A stretch of DNA of 63,096 nt, the filler included, from Octopus bimaculoides (lineage: Eukaryota): assembly GCF_001194135.2 (NCBI RefSeq). It is 5 parts of 4 records of this genome, joined end to end, with 100 filler letters (N's around TTAATTAATTAA, not from the genome) between each part and the next. Parts side by side here need not be neighbours in the genome. Positions count along the whole stretch, not along the records: positions 1 to 23,958 come from NC_068989.1; 4 more parts are not named here. The stretch is one strand, 5' to 3'. The notes below the pieces were generated by a model. It worked only from the letters and a program-made list of their open reading frames with translations. It was not told the DNA's origin and did no database searches. Positions within the stretch are counted from its first letter, which is position 1; each line of letters opens with the position of its first letter. Made by a program: the position numbers and the translations under genes. Shown piece after piece: positions 1 to 12,280 of the stretch.

Positions 1-341
1 ATATATAATATCGCCTCCAGCACGTACATATTTAGAAAATATGAGGGTATTAGTATTCAGTTTAGTAAAAGTGACTGCTGTGCATCCATAAAAGTCATGT
101 TTTGGACTTATTAATGTATAGTCAGTAAGTTGAACTTAGTAACGTATAGTATTGAGATGGGCTTTCTGGAAAGATGACTTGTGAGATATTTTTAATATGT
201 ATTGTCAAGCGTGTTACGTCAAAATATACATTGACTCCCGCTGCATGAAAATCTTGCGCTTACATTGTTGGTTTAATATATGTTTAATAGCACCAAACGT
301 ATATTGCAAAATATCTCTAAATATTTTTTTCTGGCTTAATC

Positions 342-550
342 GGCGGTGAGCTAGAAGAATTGTTAGCACACTGGGGGAAAATGCTTACCGACATTTTGCT
401 CCTCTTTACGTTCTGCGTTCAAGTTCTGCCGAGGTTGTCTTTGCCTTCCATCCTTTCGAGGTCGATAAATTGAGTATCATTTGAGTATTGGCGTTGATGA
501 AATCGATTAGTCCCTTCTTCATAATTTCAGGCCTTGTTCCTATAGCAGAA
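342..550 (+). mobile_element. tRNA-derived SINE, decayed (CORE-like central domain)
   Basis: GGCGGTGAGCTAG..GTTAGCAC head, then GCCGAGGTTGTCTTTGCCTTCCATCCTTTCGAGGTCGATAAA core; related copies at 9105-9270, 35808-35965, 41060-41210, 44918-45075 and 61230-61420. Confidence 0.8.
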
Positions 551-1789
551 TTCAAAGAATTCAAATGGAGCATATATCATAAAGATGTATAAGTTACACT
601 TCTACGTGCTGAAAATCACGTTAAAAGAAATATTTAAACATAATTCATCGTAGCTGTTGGAGAAAAAGAAAAAAAAACGTAACTGTAGTTCTTAACATGG
701 AGGATTAACCTTTAGGAATAACATGTGTAATTTGTGACTACTGGCGAGTTAGAAACATGCAAATGTTTCCGTTTGTGAAATCAGTTCTTTATCTTCTGGT
801 GTTTTATTGCCTACTTGAGCATGGTTGTCTTGTTGGGAATGCTCTTTACATATGGGAAATGTTACGAATAATTTAATTCTCATGTAGTACTTATGAAGTT
901 TTACACAATCCAACGTTTGTATCGCATTAAACCTGATAGTATCTCACTCTTGAAATAAATTAAGCTCGTTCTCACAAAGCTATGTATTTAAATATCATGT
1001 TCGAAACATTCTCTGTATCCTAATATTTAATCCTTTTTTCAGTGATTCCATATTGCAATATAATTTACTATTTGTACTTGTTATTTGAAGTATATTCAGT
1101 CGATATAAAGAATATATGCAATGAACAACAGAAACTTTCAATAGAAATTAATTTCTCAAAATTCATATTTCAATTTTAGACGATATATCGCACATCAGCA
1201 ATGATTTTCATCATTTTATTTTCTTTGAGATTTGCATCTAAATCACAGTGAATTTTTAAAGTGAATACGACAAATTCTTAATCAATATATTTTGTCCGTT
1301 AAATATTACATTGTAATGAAAAGCTCGGAGACTTATACGAAAATCTGTTTCTTTAGTCCAATAATATAATGATAAATCTGAAGAATGTTTATTTTAGCGA
1401 TTGCATCGCAAAAATTGCAAAAGTAAAAACCGAAAATCTTTTTAAAAAATAATCAATTGACTTTTATTTTCTTCTACTAATAGGAAAGAAAATAGCTATG
1501 AAATACAATTTTTAAAAAGTTGTTTATAGATTCTTATCTGTTTCCTCAAACGGTAAATGTGATTATTATCTTGGTTGTCTGCAGGAAAAAAAACGTGCAG
1601 AAAAAACAAACACATTTGTTTTTATTCGATTTTCACTAAAGTTATAATTTGTATTGCAGCATAAAAAAGCTAATGTGTATCGAGGTTATATTTATATCTG
1701 CCATATTTCTTACCGAAGGTTTAAGTGAATACTAGTACTTTTGTTTCTTCATACAGTACATAAGATTTATGTACACCAAAAACAAACGT

Positions 1790-1804
1790 GCACACACACA
1801 CACA

Positions 1805-1843
<39 letters not shown>

Positions 1844-1999
1844 ATACACACATAGATGTGTACGCGTATATATATATGTGTGTGTGTGTAGCTATATATA
1901 TACGTATATATATATATGTAAACACATATAATATATATGTACATACATTTATGTATTTATATAGATATATATATGCCTAGGTGTTTATGTATGTGTGTG

Positions 2000-2070
<71 letters not shown>
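1790..2070. repeat. (CA)n/(TA)n microsatellite block
   Basis: Directly visible dinucleotide runs; representative of dozens of similar tracts, most of which border N gaps. Confidence 0.95.
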
Positions 2071-2072
<2 letters not shown>

Positions 2073-2074
2073 TA

Positions 2075-3912
2075 TCTTATACATATATAAAAGCAAGTTT
2101 TCTATTTGTTTGTCTGTTTGTCAAGGTTCCGTCTACACCCGTTAATGAATTTTCGTGAAGCTTTACAAACCTGTTAAAGTAACATCCAGTTTGTTACTAA
2201 GCTTATAGAAGTTTAGTAAAAAAACTATAATTGGATGGCTAAGACCCCTGGAAGGGGTTAGAGTTATGGTTAGGGTTAGGGTTAACCAAAAGAAATAACC
2301 CATTCATTTTCCTAGCCAATGGACATAAACCATTCACTTTCCTATATTATTTGGTGTAAATCAAGTTGAGTATGTTTATTTTTTAGCATTTGAACTATTA
2401 TAGTAATTTTTTTTGCAATTTATCCATTAAACGCCTTATAGAAGTAAGTCCTATTTTCCCAAACAACTGATCCACTTTTTTCGGTTAGTTATTTATTCAG
2501 GAATATACCATGAAATACGATTCCTTTCATGTTACTTCAGCCAATTGACAAGCGCTGCATGAAGAACTGTTCTGCTTTTAGATGAATGCACTGTTATCAC
2601 AATTATCACATCCTGTTTACGTGTAGCAACACTTTCTTAAAATATATCTGGACACCTTGAAAATGGCCAGCGTGTATATTTCACAGAAGACAATGCTCGA
2701 AACGTAGTTCAGAAACCACTTTCGCACCTTTCTTCAAATTATGCCAATGTGATCTGTTTCCTCGAACACTGTTGTATGTAGATGTCTCCGTGTACTGCAC
2801 CTGGGTACATAATAGATGGAACAGATGCAATCAAGGAGCACGCGTTGAGGGCTGGGAAGAAGATGCTGTCTTCAGAAGTGGGACTATCGGTGGGTGTACA
2901 CTGTGCACCCTAATCAGTAAGAGTGCTTTTTTTCATTTACTGCTGTACACTGCCAGCGGTCTTTCATTATCCACAGACTTTCGAACTACAGAGAAGCTTG
3001 CGCCAAACATGGACTACTATAAGATGCTGCTCACTGGGACCAGACATCGGAGGATGCAGCAGTCAGCACAGTAGTCAGCTGCGCCAGCTATATTCTCTCC
3101 TGTTGATGAACTTCTCAAGCTTCGAGTGACCCACAAAACCAGCATGGCAGAGAATATCCTACAAACGATTCAAAGACAAACCTCAGTCAAAATGTCCACG
3201 TTCAATAACGCCATTTAGAATGAGGCCTTTCATGACATGGACACTGGAGTGCAAGCTATGGCAGTTCATATCAATTTCACGTTTGGTCTGCCTCAACCGG
3301 AACAAGCAGCAAACAATCTCGCAATTGAGTACCTGTGAGAAATCAGCTATGACATCGAGGAAATGATGGCGTATATAGTTGATAAAGAAAACAAAGTGAT
3401 GGAGGACCAACTCGGTGTTTATGACACCAATATTTCGAGCATCGAAAATGAAAGGGGACGTCTTTTCTTTCTGGATGCTCTAGGTGAAACTAGCAAAACA
3501 TTTGTCATCAACATTCTTCTGGCTAAACTGCGCCAAATGAAACACTGCCATAGTAGTGGCGTCAAGTAGAATGTCTGCAACTCTGCTAAGTGGTGGTTGC
3601 ACAGCTCATTCCTGCTTCAAACTCCTTTTGGACCAGTCCAACAAAGAGAAAGCAAGCTGCACCATCAGTCGTGCTTCTATAAAAGGCAAACGTCTGGGTG
3701 AATGCAGGTTGATCATCTGAGATGAAGCGACAATGAGCCATAAGTTTTCCCTCGAACCTCTTGACATGACCCTTCAGGATCTGAGACACAACACCAGGCT
3801 CATGGAAGGTTACACAGTCTTGCTTGCAGTAGACTTTACACAAACGAGGTTTCGAAGTTTCGAAGGGGACAAGAGCTGATGAAATAAATGCCAGCATAAA
3901 TCGTCCTACCTA
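2075..3912 (+). mobile_element. Helitron remnant (Rep-helicase pseudogene, PIF1-type helicase motifs), internally deleted and 3'-truncated
   Basis: Starts A|TCTTATACATATATAAAAGCAAG..TTTGTTTGTC, a Helitron-type 5' TC end. Frameshifted translation gives HLENGQRVYFTE, (R)VYTVHPNQ*ECFF, FFLDALGETSKTFVINILLAKLR (decayed Walker A), GGCTAHSCFKL, LII*DEATMSHK (Walker B) and LQDLRHN..VLLAVDF. Confidence 0.9.
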
Positions 3913-4385
3913 GGTTGGTGCCAGGACGCATTCTTGCTTAGACACCCCCCCCCCCAGTGATGGAAAGCTGGTGTGTGTGTGGGCATTTTGATGGCATACA
4001 CTAACCACCATACGTTCGCGAAGGGAGAGGACCAGGGCAATAAAGTCTTCCGGACATCGAAACCGAGCGAGGACGGCCCACATTGCAAGACGGGGGACCT
4101 TGTCAAAGACGTTCTTTAGATGCCAGATGAACATTACAGGCTGTTGTTGTTCTTTACACTTCTCCTGGGGTTTGTGGGCACAAAAGTTCATATCGACTGT
4201 GCCTCGAGAGGATCGAAAGCCATACTGGGAATCGGGGAGGACGTCTTCCGCGAGGTTCAGGAGGCAACTGAGTAGGCTACGTGCGAGGATATTGCTTGCA
4301 ATACTCAGGAGTGAAATATCCTGATACTTGTTGTAATCCTCTCAGTCTCTCGTCTTGTAGAAGATGATGATAGCTGGTGCGCGGA
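3911..4385 (-). mobile_element. RTE-clade LINE reverse-transcriptase fragment
   Basis: Minus-strand frames give ISLLSIAS..ILARIL, AEDVLPDSQYGFRSSRGTVDMNFC, FDKVPRLAMWAVLARFRCPEDFI and KQECVLAPT (KQGCVLAP motif). Confidence 0.9.
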
Positions 4386-7139
4386 AATTATATATATATA
4401 TATATATATTGGTATGTTTGTACGTATATATGTATATGTGTACATGTATAGAAATATATATATATACACACATCTTGAAGCTTGTGTGTGAATGTCTTCG
4501 ACTATCCTATTTATTTAAAAGTGTATGCTGGATGGAAATTGGTAGGTGTAGGTTTATTTACAAAGTGTGTTTCCATACATTTCATTTTTGCGCATTATAA
4601 GACTTAAATACAGAACTCTCTCGTAAATCATCGATACAACACGAATGAGGAGTTTTGTAAACTCGATACACAATATCTTTGTCACTACATTTAATTTTTT
4701 TTTTTTTTCAAACCAACAATTACCCATATGTTTATATCAATCGATCGATCGATGTAGATGCATAGACAATCAGGTCGACAGACAAAGAGACACATAGATA
4801 GAGAGATAGTATTTGTGTTTATTTGCACGTGTATTTGTCCACGCATCCATATTGCCACTTTTTTTTTTACCTACAAACAAAAAGCTTTCACTCTTCCCGG
4901 TCAAATTCTTTAAATGTCTAAAGAGTACAAAATTTACATTTCAAAATATTTGTTTATATCTCTATATAAATAGATATAACAAGAAAATGGAAAGTTTCCT
5001 GGCTGTGTTGCTTTCTGCAGTGCTATTAGTGCACAAATATTTACATTGTCAATGTTGGAGACGCAACTGTTTCCCTTAGACCCCCACCCTACTCCTTCAC
5101 AAATATATAGTTAAACTGTTCTGAATGTAAATGAACTGAAGAAATAAGAGTTTCCATTGAAAATGAAATTGTGATAGATTGAAATTATTCAATAGTAGTT
5201 AAAATAAATAGTGGAATGAAAACTTCCTGATAGTTACTATAAAACATTCACTCTGGCAAAATCATGTTGACTCATTGAGGATTTGTAAACTGACTCTGTA
5301 ATAAGGCATGTTGCACCTAAACAATCATTTAATTTTTTATATCGATTTATCTATATTTTTCAAAAAATAATTTATTAATTGCCCAGGAAACTAATCCAAC
5401 ATCTGCAAGAATGGATTCAGCTTTGTAATATGCAGAGGAGAGTTAAGTGTGGATCCGTAAACGACGAAGTGACCCACGTTGACAACTGAACATATGCTAG
5501 TTTATATTGCAACGATTCAGCTTCGGAAATCGGGATGTTTTTATAGCAAGATGTAGCGATAGCCAACATTGTATTGAACTTTCCACAGATCCAAATTAAA
5601 ATGTTCACACCAAGCTCCATTTCAGCATGAAACATACGTTTGAAATATAATGATCGGAAGGTGTTAAGAAGATCCTCCAGTGCAACCAACAGAAAGTGTA
5701 GTAGCGCATTATTTAAGTTCCGCTCAGAGGTTCTGCACTTGTCTAAAACCTTGCCGAATTTCACTAACATTACCATCATTCTAACTTAGTTCTTGTGAGG
5801 CAGCTCGTAGATAATTTTGACTTTGGCTGCCTGCCCTATCATATAATGCAGAATCATAGCAAAATTCTGGTACGTGAAATAGCAAAGTTTTAAATTGTAA
5901 CAGTTGTTGGAGCTTTCAGTTCACTGATGCTGATGATAGTCTTCATCTCGTGTTTACCTCCTCTACACGTGCTACTGCTCGTCACACTTCTGGACATTTT
6001 CATATTCATTTACGATTTATACTTTGATAGAGCAAAACCGTCCATAGATTTCCTTCATTAAGGAGTATTATCCCAGAGCGTACAATATTGTACTGGTATA
6101 ATTTTAAGTGTTCTGCCATTCTCTCGAGTGGCAAAATTAAGCTGAGGTTAAATAGGCAGGAAAAAATATTATTCTGTGTTGTTTGTGCCTGTTTTTTCTT
6201 TTGTTCTTGTTTCACTTATGGATCAGATTTCCCCTTCTTTTACCAGCTTCAGATTTCTCCGGAATCTGTACAGCACACAAAGGTTGTTCTTGTATAGATT
6301 TAATGTCATCTACTCGGGCTGCTGCGGAATTACTCTTGCTTTATACAAACATTCTTCGACCCCTTCCCAAAATTTAGGAACCAGTACAGGCATTTAATCA
6401 AGTGATTTATGTTTTCGACCCTACATTCATCACGGAAGGTCCATCTGAGATGGCGGTCAATCTCATCTATGGAACAGGTGGGCTGACTTCTATTTCATTA
6501 TAAAGCTGGCTCTTTTCCCAACCTTCTCACTCTCTTATGCCTCTGTCTTCTATGCTGACAGTTTCCTCAACGTTATTTGCTTCTTGTGAAATATTATCTA
6601 CATCCCTGTACAAGGTCCCTCGTTCACGCTTGCTTCTTTCTTTTCTCTACCATTGCTCACTTTCAAATGACAACTCTTGTTAATCAGCTTATGTAGATAC
6701 AAAGCATTGTGTAGGAAGCGTTTTTCCTCAATAGAATTACCTCAGTTGCAGCATAAATGATCATGGTGTCCATTATCTGGAGGTAATGTTCAACACCAGC
6801 CTTGTTTCAAAGATATAAAAGACATTGCCAAACTGAAATCACTTTTTATTCTTGGTAACCTGGTTCAGGGACTTGTGACATATGGACATTTAGAGAATTG
6901 TAGATTAACTCCTAACTTCGAAAATGACGTAATTCATTGCAGACTTGTATGTGTACTGTGGCACTTCTACAGCTTGCATGCAATTATATCGTGAATTGAT
7001 ATACCCTGGGGCTACGTGGACGCTTACATAACTTAAAACAATTAAATACAGAGAGACAGACAGACAGACAGACAGATAGACAGACGGAGAAATGAATAAA
7101 TAAATGGAGTTAAACGAAGGTGTTATTCAAATCACTATA

Positions 7140-7227
7140 CTTCCGACATATGTTTCGAAGAATACATTAGCATTATTCCAGAAGTAATATAATGATGTAA
7201 AACAATGCAATCTTCTCATCAGGGAAA
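7140..7227 (-). ncRNA. Type-I hammerhead ribozyme motif (Penelope pLTR type)
   Basis: Minus strand reads UUUCC-CUGAUGA-GAAGAUUGCAUU[35 nt]AAUGUAUUCUUC-GAAA-CAUAUG-UC|GGAAG. Core is intact, helix I has 5 bp, helix II pairs at 11 of 12 positions closed by G-C, helix III is palindromic, and the GUC cleavage triplet is present. Confidence 0.85.
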
Positions 7228-7456
7228 AAAAAAGAGAAATAAAACGCATCAGTTAGACATTTTAACCGAATGTGATTACTGCATATATGATGTAGGGAAA
7301 GGTAGTAAGTTATGCTTAAAAAAAAAACCGTTAACAGATATAACGTCAAAGACAATTTATAGAAAGAGAAGGAGAAAGAAGAAAGAAATCATCAGTAAAC
7401 GAAAAGTGAAGAAATATAGTGTGATAGGTAAATAGGAATAAATAAATAAATAAATA

Positions 7457-7493
<37 letters not shown>

Positions 7494-8325
7494 NNNNNNN
7501 NNNNNNNNNNNNNNNNNNNNNNNNNNNNNNNNNNNNNNNNNNNNNNNNNNNNNNNNNNNNNNNNNNNNNNNNNNNNNNNNNNNNNNNNNNNNNNNNNNNN
7601 NNNNNNNNNNNNNNNNNNNNNNNNNNNNNNNNNNNNNNNNNNNNNNNNNNNNNNNNNNNNNNNNNNNNNNNNNNNNNNNNNNNNNNNNNNNNNNNNNNNN
7701 NNNNNNNNNNNNNNNNNNNNNNNNNNNNNNNNNNNNNNNNNNNNNNNNNNNNNNNNNNNNNNNNNNNNNNNNNNNNNNNNNNNNNNNNNNNNNNNNNNNN
7801 NNNNNNNNNNNNNNNNNNNNNNNNNNNNNNNNNNNNNNNNNNNNNNNNNNNNNNNNNNNNNNNNNNNNNNNNNNNNNNNNNNNNNNNNNNNNNNNNNNNN
7901 NNNNNNNNNNNNNNNNNNNNNNNNNNNNNNNNNNNNNNNNNNNNNNNNNNNNNNNNNNNNNNNNNNNNNNNNNNNNNNNNNNNNNNNNNNNNNNNNNNNN
8001 NNNNNNNNNNNNNNNNNNNNNNNNNNNNNNNNNNNNNNNNNNNNNNNNNNNNNNNNNNNNNNNNNNNNNNNNNNNNNNNNNNNNNNNNNNNNNNNNNNNN
8101 NNNNNNNNNNNNNNNNNNNNNNNNNNNNNNNNNNNNNNNNNNNNNNNNNNNNNNNNNNNNNNNNNNNNNNNNNNNNNNNNNNNNNNNNNNNNNNNNNNNN
8201 NNNNNNNNNNNNNNNNNNNNNNNNNNNNNNNNNNNNNNNNNNNNNNNNNNNNNNNNNNNNNNNNNNNNNNNNNNNNNNNNNNNNNNNNNNNNNNNNNNNN
8301 NNNTAATAACAAAAACACAAAGGAT

Positions 8326-8405
8326 TCTGCGGTACACGTGTTTCAAGCTTTATAGTTGTTACATCAGTGTATAATTGACAATGTAAAGCTATCGTCAGCC
8401 GCAAA
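8326..8405 (-). ncRNA. Type-I hammerhead ribozyme motif (second family)
   Basis: Minus strand reads UUUGCGG-CUGACGA-UAGCUUUA..UAAAGCUU-GAAA-CACGUG-UA|CCGCAGA. Helix I has 7 bp, helix II is long with a U-U mismatch at the closing pair, helix III is palindromic, and the triplet is GUA. Confidence 0.8.
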
Positions 8406-8603
8406 TGTATTCTCTCCCAAGAATTATATCACATAGGCGTTAAAGGAGGAAGAAAGATGAGATATAAGAGGTGAGGTTCCGTTTGGTATTTTGCATTGTA
8501 CTATACCTCGTAGAATTCTTAATTTGATATATTTATACATAATTTTCTCGGTACTCCGGAATCCGTCCATACCTTGCCACAATTCAGTGTGTAGTGTTAA
8601 ATA

Positions 8604-8716
8604 GGCCGATGGAATAAGTACTAGGCTTACAAAGAATAAGTCATGGGTTCGATTTGCTCGACTAAAGGCGGTGCTCTAGCATGGCCGCTGTCAAATGACT
8701 GAAGCAAGCAAAGAGA
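8604..8716 (+). mobile_element. SINE 3' half (family A tail)
   Basis: GAATAAGTACTAGGCTTACAAAGAATAAGTC..GACTAAAGGCGGTGCTC..CAAATGACTGAA; same tail at 19300-19408, 22655-22725, 28812-28990, 38690-38801 and 62995-63080 (-). Confidence 0.85.
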
Positions 8717-9104
8717 GATTCAACAGTTATGAATGTGCTTATATATTTATGTGTGCGCCTATGTGTGTAGAACACCTCATCTTCCTATGGATTATAGACA
8801 AGATAATATTTAAAGTAAAAGCTGATATCCGCTAAAGTACTGAAGATATGAGGAAAAAATTCCACCGCGTATTTCTTATAGAAGTCATCAAATAATTATA
8901 TTAGAGTAATATACCAAAGTGTTCAATGAAAGCAACAAAAATTGCCAAATCTTTTACCTCCCATCAATTCTTTGCAAAGAAAAGTCAAGATTTTAAAATG
9001 ACGTATTAGTAGAATATTTTTCAAATTAAAAAAAAATGTCTTTTATGAAAGCAGGGAAATCTTAAGTCTTCACTGCAATGAAATCAATCTGTAATTACAA
9101 AACC

Positions 9105-9270
9105 AATAATTATAATAGCCCTTTCTATTATAGGTACAAAACCTGAAATTTTTAGAGAGAGAACTAGTCAATTGCATTGACCTTATTTCTTGTCTGCTAC
9201 ATATTTCATTGGCCTTGAAAGGATGAAAGGGAAATTCAACGTCAGTAGCAATTTCATAGCTCCGCAACAT
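9105..9270 (-). mobile_element. CORE-like SINE fragment
   Basis: Reverse complement matches the 342-550 family (TTTCATCCTTTCAAGG..AATTTCAGG..CCTATAATAGAAAGG); explains spurious ORF 9070-9270. Confidence 0.7.
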
Positions 9271-9429
9271 TTACATTATACGCGTGCGTGCGCATACGCA
9301 TGCACACGCAAACAAACACACGCACTCACACTCACACACTGACACACAGAAACACTTGCATATGTATTTACTTGTCTCTATACACATTCATGCTTCTGGT
9401 GCCACGACCTTATTTTCTGGGTCCAAAAA

Positions 9430-10200
9430 TATGTCCTGTATCATGAGATCCAGACCTTTCCGAACTAACTCACCTACTCTGTCTCCCCAAACCGATCGCC
9501 TGGGAGATGTGTACACATGGTACCTAATGTAAGAAGAAAGTGAGAAAGGTCTACTTACTCCTACTGTGTAAAGACAGTTGTTTCGACCTTCAGGCTAGTG
9601 ACTGTATCCACAATACATTTTTGCATATTCTTTGCTTTATCGTCTCCATTAGCATCTCCTAATTTGTCAGGGTATCTTATATTTAGCCTATGTATGTATC
9701 TTGTGTTGTTTTAGATACTGCGTGTGTGTTGGTATGCTATATATTGCTGAATCAATTTGTGGGGTCTAATATCGTCTACTGCATAAAGTATGTTAACTTT
9801 TTTTGTAGTTTGTACTTGCGCCCGTTTAGTTTATGATGTTTCTTGGTACATATTTTTCTTGTCTGTTTGCGTGCAGCTTGGATAGTGCGTGTGTTTTCTG
9901 ATGTTGGTAATATTTTTGAAGGTGGTAGCGGTGGTTGTAGTGATGTTGGTGGTGGTGGTGGTGGCGGTGGTAGTTGGGTTGGTGGTAGTGGCGGTGGTAG
10001 TTATTGGGGGTTTGAGAATATTGTTACTGAGGGAGTGTTGTTGTTTGGTGGTATTTCTTGCACTTGTTCGAATCTCGATGCTTTCTTTTGCGTATTTTTT
10101 CTTACACTCTTCTTGTTGATTGCTATCTTTCGTTTTGGCTCTTTTCCGTCTGAGTGAGCAGTATCGTGGTGCAGCATTCCATGAAGGTCTTTGTCGGTTG
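9430..10200 (-). mobile_element. Decayed retroelement-like ORF (Pro/basic-rich) with pLTR-like 3' segment
   Basis: Minus frame gives KEPKRKIAINKKSVRKNTQKKASRFEQVQEIPP..LPPPLPP..KKHHKLNGRKYKLQK with scattered stops, followed by a hammerhead-like scaffold at 9565-9612. Family not identified. Confidence 0.35.
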
Positions 10201-12280
10201 AGGTTTTGCTGTTATTGTTAATGGCGATGATGGAAATTCAAGGCAATTATTCTTTTAATGTTTAGTTGCTCTTGTATCGCATCTTGGTGTTGCTATTTGT
10301 TTCGTCGTTGTGGTTGCTGCTGCTGCTACAATTGCTGTTACTACTGCTCCTGCTTCTGCTTTCAGGACTACTGATGTTTCCTTTGCATTTGTTGTCGTTG
10401 CGGTTATTTCTAGAGTTAACGTGGATCTTCCTCTATAGTCGTTGTCGTTCCTTCGGTCTCACTGAGAGGTGTTTAGTTAGCACTGAAAATTTCCCTTATT
10501 TTTCTGGTTCTCATTTTCGTTGTTGTTTCATATGACTATAGAGGTAAAACTTTCATTTAACATAAAGCGTGCAACATTAAAATGCTCATTAATTTTTAAC
10601 TCACTGGCATTTTGTTGCAAATTTCAATGTAATACTTTCATAATTTTGTCTGCCACAAAATTAGATAAAATGTAATATATACCGCTCCAACCAGCAAAAC
10701 TAAAACTGAGCTGAGCAGCTCATCTTTATTTTGGTCACTTTCGGAAGAATACAGAGAGAAAAATTATAAACATAGAGGTATAAAACATACTATGAACAAA
10801 CAATATCTACGAGCATCTACAAGGAATGTTTTACCAAACCGAAACAAAAACAGCAAGAAGAAAAGGTGTAAGGAATAAAGGAATACAAATGAGGAAGAAA
10901 AACATTTTAAATGGCCCAGCAGATTTCAGTTGCAATGAAATTAATAGCCATATTTTAACCAAGTATTTCAGGTGAAATATTGAATACAACTGATATTGTT
11001 CAAGAATAATATCGCAACTACCTTATGTTACTTATAAGTTGTACATTTTATTAAAATCATAGGAAATATATTATAATTTGGTCGTGGTCATGTTAGATGG
11101 ATAGTACACTGAATGGTCTAACTACAGCGTTTTAGGTATGCTTTAATATGTTCTCTTTTAACTACCAGCTCATGATTAATTAAATACTACTTGCAAGAAA
11201 ACTAGTTGTGTGATTATAGTTATTAGCTTTTGTTTCTTCTTTAAAGAAATATTTTCTGAAATGTGTTTCTGTGATGTCTTTCCTTTAAATTTATTGTGAC
11301 ATGAAATCGCATTAAAGCAACTGGCATTAAACGTTATTGCTTAAATTTTGTTGCTACCATTTCAGTTTATTTTTTTAACGATTGAAAATAACACGTTCGC
11401 AGCATGTTATTTTACTCTCCATTTTTTAAAGAAATGTAATTACACAGAGAAAAATACTGCATTTATTCTATGTCTACTATGGCCACTAACTCTATCACAC
11501 GGGAAAAAATCGTTCCATCAAAATGTCTTTATTTTTTTCCGCATTTTTTAATGCTATCAAATTGTAACAAATCGGAATCATTTATCATTTAGTATTATTT
11601 GACTACTTTCTTTGAGAACAAGTTTTGTTGATTTTCAGTTTTGTAAGGAACGTAATATTAAAACAAAAAAAATATAACTCAGAAAATAACCACACTTCGT
11701 GTCATGTTTGCTTTGTTGCGGCACCATAGGAATCGAAACGAAAATAAATTTATCTTATTTAAAATGCGACGTTAATTATACTAACGCAAGGAAATCAAGA
11801 TAGAAAAGTAAATTTTGCATTGCTGCTATTGTTGTCGATGTATAGGTTAATTATTCATAGCATCAAAGTCGTTCCATCTATGATCATCTCATCTTTATAT
11901 TTAAAAGTAACTCTTCTTAGTTTATATTTGTCCATTTTAATACCCAACAGAGTTACAGTAAAAGTTTGGCTACCGTTTGTGGGAATTGTGTACAACGTTA
12001 TGCAAATGGCTACTTTAATCAGAAGCTAAAATATTGCTGCATTTTTCTTTATATATAATTTATTATTATATATGCAAATACATTGGTGGATATATTTGGT
12101 CGTAGGTTAGCATCGAACCTATCTCAGGTTTTTTTTCCATTTCTGATAATAAGCGTGGCAATAGAAAAGGTATGACTCATCACCATATACATGACATTTG
12201 CATACGAATGCACTGGGCATTCTGGGCTCTTATTAAATTTTTAGCTGATACATATTGGTGAAATTTATGCGTGCACAATA

